From an uncultured Thermoanaerobaculia bacterium (GTDB lineage Bacteria > Acidobacteriota > Thermoanaerobaculia > Thermoanaerobaculales > Sulfomarinibacteraceae): DNA of 60,027 nt. The DNA is taken from NCBI GenBank assembly GCA_964440565.1, contig CAYTTB010000007.1, positions 3,966-63,992 on the forward strand, written 5' to 3'. The position numbers were made by a program, and so were the translations under genes. Below, one piece after another: positions 46,029 through 55,415 of the stretch; the first letter of the stretch is position 1; each line of letters begins with the position of its first letter. Below the pieces are notes generated by a model, which was not told the DNA's origin, made no database searches, and worked only from the letters and a program-made list of their open reading frames with translations.

Positions 46029-46592
46029 TCAGGTGGCGGGGGGCCGCCGCGGGAGGGTGAAGGTGAAGACCGTCCCCTCGCCCTCGCGGCTCGTGAACGT
46101 CACCCGGCCGCGGAGGTACCGCTCGCCCAGCAGCTTCATGGAACGCGTCCCGGGGCCGCGTCCCGATCCCTCTCTGCCGACCGACCGGTGGACGATCCGC
46201 CGCCGGACCTCCGGAGGCACCGTGCCGGGGGTGGCGACGTGGAACGACACCGCCAGGGGGTCGGCCTCCACCGTGACGCGGACCGTCCCGCCCTCCGGAG
46301 TGGCCTCGAGCGCGTTCTTCACCATGTTCCCGAGCACCCTCAGGACGAGCGACGCGTCGGTGATCAGCTCGCCCGCCCGCGCGGCGCGGTGCACCACCAG
46401 CCGACGCCCCGCCGCCACGGGATGGACCACGAGCCGCTCGGCCAGACGATCGAGCAGGACGTCTACCTCCATCGCGAGGGGCCTTGGCCCGTGGCGCCCC
46501 CGCCCGGCCCTCGACTCCGCCGGCATGGCCCCTCCCGCTGGCGCGACCGCGGGCTCCCGGACTTCCGGCGCGAACGCCATGCTCGCCTCCAC
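46029..46592 (-). CDS. Stand-alone degenerate HATPase_c domain (histidine kinase fragment)
   Basis: GNMVKNALEAT, GRGPGT and GTVFTFTLP. No H-box. Confidence 0.6.
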   Translation of the reverse strand: MEASMAFAPEVREPAVAPAGGAMPAESRAGRGRHGPRPLAMEVDVLLDRLAERLVVHPVAAGRRLVVHRAARAGELITDASLVLRVLGNMVKNALEATPEGGTVRVTVEADPLAVSFHVATPGTVPPEVRRRIVHRSVGREGSGRGPGTRSMKLLGERYLRGRVTFTSREGEGTVFTFTLPRRPPAT

Positions 46593-46633
46593 CGCTGTGT
46601 ACCGGGGAGTGGCCGGTTTCGTACACTCCGGGG

Positions 46634-47560
46634 GTGGCGCAGGAGCCGCGGATCGCGTTTCCGGAGCCGGCCGGGGGAGGCGACCTCGCGTGGCGGGGCG
46701 CCGGCCTCGCGCTGGTGGGCCGCTCGGTCGCCGCGCTGGCGACGGCGTTCGCGCTGCCCGATCTCGGGGTGGCCGTGGACATGGGCGCGTGCTCGGCCCT
46801 GCTGGCGGCCCAGGACACGGTGCTGCTCACCCACTGCCACGCCGATCACGTGGCCGGCCTCGTGGCCTGGCTGTCGGCGCACACCCGGCGGCACCCGGGC
46901 CGGCCGACCCGGATCGTGGTTCCCGCGGAGCGCCGCGACGCGCTGCTCGCGGCGCTCGCCGCGTGGCCGGAGCTCGACGGCGTCCGGAGGCGGTGCGACC
47001 TCGAGGCGGCTCTCGTGGCCGTGCGGGCGGGCGATCGGGTGGACCTTCCCGGCGGATGGGCGGAGGCGTTCGCGGTGCGCCACGGGGTCCCCGCGCTGGG
47101 GTGGCGGCTGGGGAGGGCCGGGGAACGCCGTGCCCTCCTCGCCTTCGGCGGGGACGGCACGGTGGAGCCGTACCGGGAGAACCCGGGCCTCCTCGACGCC
47201 GGGCTCGCCCTGGTGGAGTGCACCTTCCTGGCCCCGGGGCAGCGCGCCGCCGCGCGCTGGTCCGGCCACGCTCACCTCCTCGACTGGCTCGAGCTCGCGC
47301 CGGACCTTCCGTGTGACCGTCTGGCGCTGGTCCACCTTCCGGCGGGCACGAAGCCCGCCGACCTCCGGCGGGCGCTCGACGGGTGGCCGGCGGGTGCGCC
47401 GCCCGTGCTGGCCTGGCTGTCCCCTCCCGACGCCGGCGGGTGCGCCGCTGCCGCGGCCGGGGCGCCGGTCGGGCGAGCCGGCGGCGGGGAGATGGAGGCG
47501 CCGGCCCGGGAGGACCCCGGCGGCGGCGGGCTCCGGGGGCGCGACCCGTTCCATCGCTGA
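46634..47560 (+). CDS. MBL-fold metallohydrolase (RNase Z-like)
   Basis: Motifs THCHADH, HGVPALG, GD, VECTF and GHAHL. Confidence 0.85.
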   Translation: MAQEPRIAFPEPAGGGDLAWRGAGLALVGRSVAALATAFALPDLGVAVDMGACSALLAAQDTVLLTHCHADHVAGLVAWLSAHTRRHPGRPTRIVVPAERRDALLAALAAWPELDGVRRRCDLEAALVAVRAGDRVDLPGGWAEAFAVRHGVPALGWRLGRAGERRALLAFGGDGTVEPYRENPGLLDAGLALVECTFLAPGQRAAARWSGHAHLLDWLELAPDLPCDRLALVHLPAGTKPADLRRALDGWPAGAPPVLAWLSPPDAGGCAAAAAGAPVGRAGGGEMEAPAREDPGGGGLRGRDPFHR

Positions 47561-47758
47561 GGCGTCGCCTCGCCCGGCGGCGTGCCGGGCCACGGGACCG
47601 GGGCCGCGTCCGGGTTCGCGATGGCGTGGTGCTGCTCCCCGGCCCGCCTCTCCCCGGCGCCCCTGCCCGCTGCGGGCTGCCCGCCGCGCGCCGGTCACGG
47701 CCGGCGCCCTTGCACCGCGGCGGGAGGGCCCGGCGTAGAATCCCCCGCGGAGGTGGCG

Positions 47759-48532
47759 ATGCGGCTCGAGGGTGCGGCGGTGGTGATCACGGGCGCGTCG
47801 GCGGGGATCGGGGCGGCGTGTGCGCGGGCGTTCGCGCGGGAGGGGTGCCGGCTGGCGCTGGTGGCCCGGCGCAGGCAGCGGCTCGAGGCGCTCGCCGCCG
47901 AGCTCGGGAAGCGGCACGGGATCGAGGTCCACACGGCGGTGCTCGACGTGCGCGACCGCGCGGCGGTGGAGGCGTGGGCGGCGGCGCTCCCGGAGCCGCT
48001 CTCGGCCCCCGACGTCCTGGTCAACAACGCTGGCCTCGCCCGGGGCCTCGCACCGCTCCACGAGGGGTCCGTGGAGGACTGGGAGGAGATGATCGACACC
48101 AACGTCAAGGGGCTGCTCTGGGTCACGCGGGCTCTGCTGCCCGCGATGGTGGCGCGCGGGCGCGGACACGTGATCCAGATCGGCTCCATCGCCGGGCACG
48201 AGGTGTACCCCGGCGGCAACGTCTACTGCGGGACCAAGCACTTCGTGGCCGCGCTATCCCGGGCGATGGGGATCGATCTCCTCGGCACGGGAGTGCGGGT
48301 GTCCTCGGTGGACCCGGGGATGGTGGAGACCGAGTTCTCGCTGGTCCGGTTCCACGGCGACCGGGAGCGCGCGGAGGCCGTCTACCGGGGCTTCCGGCCG
48401 CTGGGCCCGGAGGACGTGGCGGAGGCGGTGGTGTTCTGCGCGACCCGGCCGGCGCACGTCAACGTCCGCGAGCTGGTGCTGATGCCGTCGGCGCAGGCCA
48501 CGGCGGTGCACGTGCACCGCGGCGAGGGGTGA
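47759..48532 (+). CDS. SDR oxidoreductase, YdfG-like
   Basis: Motifs TGASAGIG, NNAGLARG, YPGGNVYCGTK and PGMVETEFS.VRF. Confidence 0.92.
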   Translation: MRLEGAAVVITGASAGIGAACARAFAREGCRLALVARRRQRLEALAAELGKRHGIEVHTAVLDVRDRAAVEAWAAALPEPLSAPDVLVNNAGLARGLAPLHEGSVEDWEEMIDTNVKGLLWVTRALLPAMVARGRGHVIQIGSIAGHEVYPGGNVYCGTKHFVAALSRAMGIDLLGTGVRVSSVDPGMVETEFSLVRFHGDRERAEAVYRGFRPLGPEDVAEAVVFCATRPAHVNVRELVLMPSAQATAVHVHRGEG

Positions 48533-48543
48533 GGGAGGCGGCG

Positions 48544-48861
48544 ATGACGGGGATGGCGATCCTGGCGCTGGGGATCCCGGCGGCGGCGGTGGTGGCGGCG
48601 CTCGGGTTCGAGCGGCTGATCGGGGACACCGTCCGGATGCGCCGGCGGACGTACCTGCGCCTGTTCGCCGCCGCGGGGGCCGCGGAGCTGGCGCTGGCGG
48701 CAGCGCTCCTGGCCCTCGGCGGCGGCGTGCGCGACGTCGCGCTGCCCGTCATCCTGGGCGTCCTCTGGCTCGTCTTCGCCGCGGGCCTGCGTCGGGCGTG
48801 GCGCGGGACGCTCCACCGCCCGGTGGGCGAGGACCCCTTCGAGGAGGGCCGCCGGGCATGA
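48544..48861 (+). CDS. Small 3-TM membrane protein
   Basis: SD GGAGG, hydrophobic segments, and ATGA overlap with the next gene. Confidence 0.7.
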   Translation: MTGMAILALGIPAAAVVAALGFERLIGDTVRMRRRTYLRLFAAAGAAELALAAALLALGGGVRDVALPVILGVLWLVFAAGLRRAWRGTLHRPVGEDPFEEGRRA

Positions 48862-49631
48862 CCCGCCGCGCCCTGCTCATGGCCTCCGGCGCCAACCGTG
48901 GGGCGTACTACGCGGGTTTCCTGGAGCCGATCCTGGACGCCGGGCTCGAGTTCCGGCTGCTGGCCGGGGTCTCGGCGGGCGGCATCGCGGCCGCCTGGTT
49001 CGCGGCGGGCGACCCGGAGGCGCTCCTCCGGTCGTGGCGGGAGGCGGACCGGTTCCGGGTGGCGTTTCACCCCCGGCTCCAGACCCGCCACCGCCGCACC
49101 GTGGACGGGCTGATCCGCTCCATCACCCTCCGCATCATGGATCTGGACGCCGCGCTGCGCTCGCCGGCCGAGGTGCGCGTCGCGGCCTCGCGGGTCGTGG
49201 CGCCGGGCTGGCCGCTGCCGCGCCTGGAGCGGGCGGTGCTCTCGAGCCGGGCCGCCCGCGACGCGGCCCACCTCGGCGCGATGCTCAGGGCCACCGCCTT
49301 CGTGCCCTGGATCAACGGGTGCGGCGCGGCCGTCGAGCTCGACGGCGAGCGGTACCTCGACGGCGGGCTCACCGGGCGGGTGCCGCTCGCCCTGGTCGCC
49401 CCCGGCGAGGTGGACGAGATCTGGGTCGCCGCCTGCTCACCCAACGGGCTGCGCGAGCTTCGCGCGGAGCTGGAGCGCGCGCACGGGCGGCCGGAGCGGC
49501 TGCTGGTGATCACGCCCTCGGAGCCCCTGCCGGTGGGCCGGTGGACGATGGCCTGGAAGCGGGTCTCCCGCGCGGTCGAGATCGGGCGCCGCGACATGGC
49601 CGCGGCGATCCGCTCGTACCGCGGGAGCTGA
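48858..49631 (+). CDS. Patatin-like phospholipase
   Basis: SGANRG (oxyanion variant), GVSAG and YLDGG. Confidence 0.82.
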   Translation: MTRRALLMASGANRGAYYAGFLEPILDAGLEFRLLAGVSAGGIAAAWFAAGDPEALLRSWREADRFRVAFHPRLQTRHRRTVDGLIRSITLRIMDLDAALRSPAEVRVAASRVVAPGWPLPRLERAVLSSRAARDAAHLGAMLRATAFVPWINGCGAAVELDGERYLDGGLTGRVPLALVAPGEVDEIWVAACSPNGLRELRAELERAHGRPERLLVITPSEPLPVGRWTMAWKRVSRAVEIGRRDMAAAIRSYRGS

Positions 49632-49636
49632 CCCGC

Positions 49637-49855
49637 TCAGCGGAGGCGCCCCGACCGGCCCAGGATCTCGCGGTACTCGCTGGGGTCGCCGTCGTCCTTC
49701 CCGCCCACCGGCGTCCCGCAGTGGGCGCACCGGTACTGGTACCGGTTCCCGGTGGGGAGGACGAGCAGCAGGTGGCGGCGCACCGGCCGCGCGGCCCCGC
49801 ACCGCGGGCAGAACACCTCGGACACCTCGAACTCTCGGTACTGCCGCTCCACCAT
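49637..49855 (-). CDS. Small Zn-ribbon protein
   Basis: CPRC...CAHC in 72 aa. Confidence 0.75.
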   Translation of the reverse strand: MVERQYREFEVSEVFCPRCGAARPVRRHLLLVLPTGNRYQYRCAHCGTPVGGKDDGDPSEYREILGRSGRLR

Positions 49856-50060
49856 GGCGCCCCATACGATGGACCCCGCTCCCGCCCCCGTCAAGGACCC
49901 CTCGCGGCGCCGGCGGCGCCCGGCCCGGGGGTGGGACGAGCTGGGGAGAGTCCCCTGCACCCCTGCCCGAGGTGGGGACGGTGATCACGGTGATCACCCC
50001 GGCGTGCGGGCCTGGGCTCGTGCCCGGCACCCCGGCCGCGCCGGGGTGGTGGGGTCGCGC

Positions 50061-50615
50061 TCAGCCGTCCACGAGCCGGCGGTAGCGCTCGGCGAGCTCG
50101 GGCCGTTCCAGGAGCGCGGCCAGCTCCTCCACCCGCGGGTCGAGGTAGGCACGGTCGAGCGTGGCGCGACGGCGCGCGAGGATCGCCGCCACGTCGTCGC
50201 GATCGCGCTGCCGGTCGGAGACGATCTTGTGAAGCACCAGGTCCTCGGCGGTGCAGAAGCGCACCGGGACGCCCCGCACGGCGAGCTCCACGGCGCGCCG
50301 GATGGCGTCCTCCTCGAACGGGAGCAGGGCGAAGACGAGGTCCACCTGGACACCGTCCTCGTGGACGACCGGGAGCACCCGCGTCCGTCGCGCGAACCCC
50401 TCCGGGTCCCGGGTCCGGGGCCGGTACCGGGATCCCAGCGCCCGCAGGAGCCTGCCCACGTCGCGCGGGTCGAGGAGCACGGTGATGTCGATGTCCAGAG
50501 TGCTCCGTGGCACGCCCCAGACGGCGTTGGCCAGGCCACCGATCACCATGTAGGGGATCCGTGCGGAGTGGAGGCGGCGGGCCACGTCCGCCAGGACCGT
50601 CTCGAGGTCAGCCAC
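50061..50615 (-). CDS. Nucleotidyltransferase (DUF6036-like)
   Basis: Motifs YMVIGGLA..WG.PRSTLDID, EDLVLHK and R.RDRDD. Confidence 0.85.
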   Translation of the reverse strand: MADLETVLADVARRLHSARIPYMVIGGLANAVWGVPRSTLDIDITVLLDPRDVGRLLRALGSRYRPRTRDPEGFARRTRVLPVVHEDGVQVDLVFALLPFEEDAIRRAVELAVRGVPVRFCTAEDLVLHKIVSDRQRDRDDVAAILARRRATLDRAYLDPRVEELAALLERPELAERYRRLVDG

Positions 50616-50859
50616 GGCTCCGTCCGAGGCGCGCCAGTGCATCGAGCATCCGGCGCACCCCCTCGAACTCGGGGTCGTCCTCGCGCCGGCGGGCGTCCGG
50701 AGGGAGGAGACGGTACAGCGCCGCCACCGCGGCGAGGGCCCGGGCCGGGTCCACGGCGACGGGGTGCTCCCGATCCCACCTCGCGTAGGCGGCCAGCGCG
50801 CGGTTGCGCTCGTGGAGCGCCTCGGCGTCGCCGATGCGACGGCTATCCTTCGTGCTCAC
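50608..50859 (-). CDS. Small helical protein upstream of the nucleotidyltransferase (candidate antitoxin/partner)
   Basis: 83 aa, overlaps the NTase start, and has TAGAAT 6 nt upstream of its GTG. Confidence 0.65.
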   Translation of the reverse strand: MSTKDSRRIGDAEALHERNRALAAYARWDREHPVAVDPARALAAVAALYRLLPPDARRREDDPEFEGVRRMLDALARLGRSRG

Positions 50860-51337
50860 AACAAGATTCTACCACAGCGAGGGTGGCCCGGCGTCCGCAC
50901 GGGTCGCGGCCGCTTCCCCTGCGGGGGTTTCATCGATCGGCCACACGGCGCTGTCTCCGGGCGTGGAGATGCTCCCGTGAAGTGCAACGGACCGAGCCAG
51001 CGCCTCCGCCCCGAGAGGCGGACCGGAGGTCCCGCACCCGGCACCCCGGCTCCGCCGAGGTGGCGCGGCGCGATGCGCACCCCACGGAGCGTGGACTTCC
51101 TCCGCAAGGGCGCCTCGCCCGTGAGCGGTTCCACCGGCGCCGGCGGCGGTGGTTCCGCAGGCGGGACGAGATGGGGCCAGCCCCCGCGATGGGAACACTC
51201 CCCCGCTCCCCGGCTCCCCCGCCACGTGACGGGGAGGGTGGCCATCTCCGGGTCGGGGCGCTCCGGGCCGGGCGGCGGGGCGGATGCCGGAACGGACCCG
51301 GAGCGTGTAGAGTGGAGGCACGACCTCGGGAGGCGTG

Positions 51338-53755
51338 ATGGAGGCCCTGTTCCTGGTGCTGCTCGGCATCCCGGCGCTCGCGGTGGCGGGCGGGATCGCG
51401 GGTCTGGTGGCGCTGGCCAGGGTGGCGGCGCTGCGGAGGGAGGTGGTCCGGCTCAGGGAGGAGCTCGTCGCCCTCGCGGCGCGGCCCGGTCCGGTGGAGG
51501 GGGAGCCTCGGGCGGTGGTGAACGTCGAGCCGGAGGCGAGACCGGTGGCCGAGGCGCCCGCGCCGGTCGCTCCGGCCGTGGGTGGGCCGGCGCCGGGTCC
51601 GGTTCCCGGGCCGGGGGTGTCGCCGCCGGTGGTGACGCCGGCCCCCGGGGAGCCGGTGCCGGCGCCAGCCGCGTCCCCGCCGGGCCCGCGCGGTGGGCGC
51701 GACTGGGAGCGGTGGCTCGGGGTGCGCGGCGCGGCGGTGGTGGGGGGCGGGGTGCTGGCGCTGGCGGCGCTGCTGCTGTACCAGTACGGGGTGGAGCGGG
51801 GGTTGATCGGCCCCGCGGAGCGGGTGGCGATGGGGCTCGCCGCCGGCCTGGTCTGCCTGCTGGGGTCGCTGCCGCTCCACCGCCGACACCCCGAGGCCGC
51901 CGACGCCCTCGCGGGCGCGGGAGCGGTGGCGCTGTACGCGTCGCTGTGGGCGGCGCGGCAGCTGTACGGGCTGGTGCCCACGGGGGTGGCGTTCGCTGGC
52001 ATGGCGGCGGTGACGGTGATCTGCGGGCTGCTGGCGGTGGGCCGGGGGTCGGCGCTGGTGGCCGGGCTGGGCCTCGCCGGCGGCTTCGCCACCCCGCTGC
52101 TGGTGGGCTCGCCCACGGCGCGGCCGGCGGCGCTGTTCGCGTACCTCGCGCTGCTGGACGCCGCGGTGCTCGCCACCGGCCGGGAGCGCTGGCGGTGGCT
52201 GGTCCCCGCCGCCCTGGGCGCGACGTGGCTGTACGAGGTGGGGTGGGTGCTGGGGTGGGGCGCCGCGCCCGACGTGTGGCTGGGCGTGGCGGTGGCCGCG
52301 GGCTTCGCGGCCCTGTTCTCCCTCGCCGGAGGCAGCGGCCGGCTCGCGGCGGCGGCGCTGGCGCTGGCGGCGGCCCCGGCCCTGGCGCCGGCCCTCCACC
52401 CGGCGGCGGGCCCGTGGCCGGTGGTGGTGGTGGCGGCGTCGCTGGCCGGGCTCGGGCTCCTGGTGGCGGGGCGGCTGGGCGCGCCGGGGCTGGGCACGGC
52501 GGGCGGGCTGGCCGCCGCCGCGCTGCTGGTGGCGCGGGCGGCGGCGGCACCGCTGCCCCACCCGGCGGCGTGGGCCCTGGCGGCGGCCGCGGCGGGGCTC
52601 GCGGCGGCCTGCCGCCTCGCCGCGGAGGCCGGCGGCCTGGCGCTGGCGGCGGGCTCGGCAGCGGTGACCGCCGGGGCGTTCGTCACGGCGCTCGTGGGCG
52701 CCGGGTGGGGCGGGGCGCTGGAGCCGTGGCTGGTCGCCGGGGCGGTGGCGGTGGCGCTGGCGCTGCGCCACGCGGCGGCGCCGGGGCCTCCCGCGTGGGC
52801 GGCGGTGGCGGGGGTCGTGGCGCCGTTGCCGGTGCTCGCCTGGGCCGTGGCGTTGCGGCCGGACGCGGCTGCGCCGCCCGTGGCGCTGTGGGCGCCGGTG
52901 GCGCTGGCCGGGGCGGTGGCGGCGGCGGCACGGGGGCGCGAGAGCGAGCGCGAGTGGTGGGAGGGGGGCGCCTGGGCCGCGGCGGTGGTGGGGCTCGCGG
53001 CGGTGGTGGCGCTCCGACCGGCGTGGGTGGGGCCCGGGCCATCGGCCCTGGACGTGGCCGCGTTCCTGGGTCTTCTGGCGCTGTGGTGGGCGGCGCGCCG
53101 TGCCGCCGCGGCGATGTTCGCTGCCACGGCGGTGGCGCTGGCGCTCGCGGAGATGGCGGTGGTCCCGCGGGGGGATGCCTGGGCGGGCCTGGACGCGGCG
53201 GTGCTGCTCGCCTCGGCGGCGGCGGTGATCCTGCTGCCCTCGCGGCTCGCCGGGGCGCTGGCGGCCACCCCCCTGGCGTGGCCGGTGGCGGCGCTCGCGG
53301 GCCCCGTCTGGCTGCCGGTGCTGCTGGGACGGTGGCGTGACCTCGCGGGCCGCGGCTGGGACGGCGTGCCGGCGGTGGCGCTGGCGGCCCTCGAGCTGGC
53401 AGCGCTGGCAGGACCCGGCGTGCGCCCGGGGGCGCGCGGGGCGGCGGGGTGGCACGGCGGGGCGGCGGTGGGGCTCGCCGCCATCGCGGTGGCGCTCCAG
53501 TTCCACCGCCACTGGATCACGGTGGGGTGGGCGGCGCTGGCGCTCGTGGTGCTCGCCGTGGGGCTCGCGCGGCGCAGCGGCACCGCCCGCTGGGCCTCTC
53601 TCGTCCTGCTCATGGCGACGCTGGCCAAGGCGTTCCTGTGGGATCTGGGCAACCTCAGGGACCTGTCGCGGGTGGCGGCGCTGGTGGGACTCGCGCTGTC
53701 CCTCATCGCGGTCTCCGTCGTCTACCGGCGGTGGGTGCTGCCGCGCGACGCCTGA
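51338..53755 (+). CDS. DUF2339 family membrane protein
   Basis: N-terminal TM and Pro-rich linker, WERWLGVRG, GLAGGFATPLLV, and C-terminal KAFLWDL..L....RV. Confidence 0.85.
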   Translation: MEALFLVLLGIPALAVAGGIAGLVALARVAALRREVVRLREELVALAARPGPVEGEPRAVVNVEPEARPVAEAPAPVAPAVGGPAPGPVPGPGVSPPVVTPAPGEPVPAPAASPPGPRGGRDWERWLGVRGAAVVGGGVLALAALLLYQYGVERGLIGPAERVAMGLAAGLVCLLGSLPLHRRHPEAADALAGAGAVALYASLWAARQLYGLVPTGVAFAGMAAVTVICGLLAVGRGSALVAGLGLAGGFATPLLVGSPTARPAALFAYLALLDAAVLATGRERWRWLVPAALGATWLYEVGWVLGWGAAPDVWLGVAVAAGFAALFSLAGGSGRLAAAALALAAAPALAPALHPAAGPWPVVVVAASLAGLGLLVAGRLGAPGLGTAGGLAAAALLVARAAAAPLPHPAAWALAAAAAGLAAACRLAAEAGGLALAAGSAAVTAGAFVTALVGAGWGGALEPWLVAGAVAVALALRHAAAPGPPAWAAVAGVVAPLPVLAWAVALRPDAAAPPVALWAPVALAGAVAAAARGRESEREWWEGGAWAAAVVGLAAVVALRPAWVGPGPSALDVAAFLGLLALWWAARRAAAAMFAATAVALALAEMAVVPRGDAWAGLDAAVLLASAAAVILLPSRLAGALAATPLAWPVAALAGPVWLPVLLGRWRDLAGRGWDGVPAVALAALELAALAGPGVRPGARGAAGWHGGAAVGLAAIAVALQFHRHWITVGWAALALVVLAVGLARRSGTARWASLVLLMATLAKAFLWDLGNLRDLSRVAALVGLALSLIAVSVVYRRWVLPRDA

Positions 53756-53861
53756 ACCGGCGGCGGCACCTGCGGGAGACGAGGCGGTCGCGAGACGGCC
53801 CCTCGGGGGCCCCGGCGTCCTCGCGCTCCCGCGCGCCCGGCCTCGGCCGTGCGCCTCCCGG

Positions 53862-53899
53862 GGCGGCCGGGGACGGCCGCCCCCACAACACGGCATGGG
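53862..53899 (-). repeat. REP-like palindromic element, copy 2
   Basis: Reverse complement matches 7140-7177 at 36/38. Confidence 0.75.
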
Positions 53900-54075
53900 G
53901 GCGGCGGCCCGGGCCACGGTCCTGGATCCGGCCGGGGGGTGGGCCGGCGAGCCCGGCCGTGCGCCTCCGCCCGGACCTCCCGCATCGGCGACGGGCCGTG
54001 ACAGGAACGGCAGGAGCCCGGGGAATCGGCGGTCTGCGGGTTGCCCCGCGGTGCGGGGTGGCCTACGATGCAGCG

Positions 54076-54582
54076 GTGATGCGACCACGGATCGTTCCGT
54101 ACCTCCTCGTGGCGGCGGTGGCGCTGCCGCTGCTCGCGGCCGGGCCCGCCGAACCGCCGCGGTTTCCCGACATGGAGCTGATGCCGCTGGACGGAGGCCC
54201 CCCGGTGGAGCTCGCCGACTTCCGCGGCCGGCCGGTGCTGATCACGTTCTGGGCGAGCTGGTGCGGCCCGTGCCGGGAGGAGCTCCCCGAGCTCAAGCGG
54301 ATCTACGACCGCCTGGCGGGCCGGGGCTTCGTCTTCGTGGCGGTCAACATGGACCGCGACCCGCGGCGGGCGAGGGCGTTCCTGAGGGCCCACGACCTCG
54401 CCATTCCCGCCTACCGCGTGTCGCCGGCACAGCTGCGCGAGCTCGGGGTACGCAGCATCCCCACCAGCGTCCTGCTCCGCCCCGACGGGCGGGTCGAGAT
54501 GCTGTACCAGGGCTACACCCCCTCGGCCGTTCGCGACATCGAGCAGCGGGTGCGGCGGATGCTGGGCGCGGGCAGGGGGTGA
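54076..54582 (+). CDS. TlpA-family thiol-disulfide oxidoreductase
   Basis: Signal peptide, FWASWCGPCREELP and IPT. Confidence 0.92.
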   Translation: MMRPRIVPYLLVAAVALPLLAAGPAEPPRFPDMELMPLDGGPPVELADFRGRPVLITFWASWCGPCREELPELKRIYDRLAGRGFVFVAVNMDRDPRRARAFLRAHDLAIPAYRVSPAQLRELGVRSIPTSVLLRPDGRVEMLYQGYTPSAVRDIEQRVRRMLGAGRG

Positions 54583-55412
54583 TGGCGGACAGCGCCGTCG
54601 CGACCCGGCGTGGCCGTCGGCTGGCCGTGGCGCTGGCGCTCGTCTCGGTCGCCTGGGGCGGATCGGTGGTGCGCGAGGTGGCGTGGCGGGCGGTGGCGTT
54701 CTACCCCGAGGACCTGGCGCGCCAGGTGTGGCGCCACCACCGCCGCTACGACGCGGGGGTCGAGCGCGGCCTCGCCGCGGCCGGCGGCGAGCCGGGCGAG
54801 GCGCTCGCGGCGCAGCTCGAGCGGTGCGTGCGGGCGCTGCGTACGCCCGTTCCGCTCGCCGATCTGGTGGAGGAGCTCGGGGTGCTCGCGACGCGGACGT
54901 GCGCGGCCAACGATCCGCTGGCGGTGTCCGACGGCGACCCGATGGAGCCGCGCTACGCGGCGGCGTGGGAGGCGTACGTCATCTCGGCGTTGCCGCGCCT
55001 CCGGCTGGTCTACTACGGGCCGAGCGAGCTCCTCCTGGAGCGGGAGGACCCGCGGGCGTTCGTGGCGGCGGTCCTGGCGCGTTCCCGCCGGCTGTACCCC
55101 TACGTGGGACAGGAGCTGGTGCGGGACGGTCGGGTGCGCGACTGGCGCACCGTGGACGACCGGTCGGTGGCCTTCGGGACCGCCGGCGTGGCGCTCTCGC
55201 ACGCCCTCACCGACCTCGCCAACCTCGCCACCTACGTGTGGGTCCGTGGTGGCGGGCTGCCTCCCACGCCGCGGCCCACCCCCCGCGGGCACGTGGGGCC
55301 CACGGTGACGGTGACCCTGGGAGGAGGGTTCCCCGAGCGCGAGCGCCCGGGGCGCGGCGCGCCGGCGATGCCGCCGGCGCGCCTCAGGCTCCCGACCCCG
55401 GGACCGCGGTGA
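54582..55412 (+). CDS. Secreted hypothetical protein, possibly a degenerate phospholipase C/P1 nuclease fold
   Basis: Signal peptide followed by AW. Helical, with LGVLATRTCAANDPL. TGATG coupling to TlpA. Confidence 0.55.
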   Translation: MADSAVATRRGRRLAVALALVSVAWGGSVVREVAWRAVAFYPEDLARQVWRHHRRYDAGVERGLAAAGGEPGEALAAQLERCVRALRTPVPLADLVEELGVLATRTCAANDPLAVSDGDPMEPRYAAAWEAYVISALPRLRLVYYGPSELLLEREDPRAFVAAVLARSRRLYPYVGQELVRDGRVRDWRTVDDRSVAFGTAGVALSHALTDLANLATYVWVRGGGLPPTPRPTPRGHVGPTVTVTLGGGFPERERPGRGAPAMPPARLRLPTPGPR

Positions 55413-55415
55413 CCG

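Noticed and set aside
49975-50000. Tandem GTGATCAC palindromes (acggtgatcacggtgatcac)
   Set aside because: It occurs once, between co-oriented genes, and no function can be supported.
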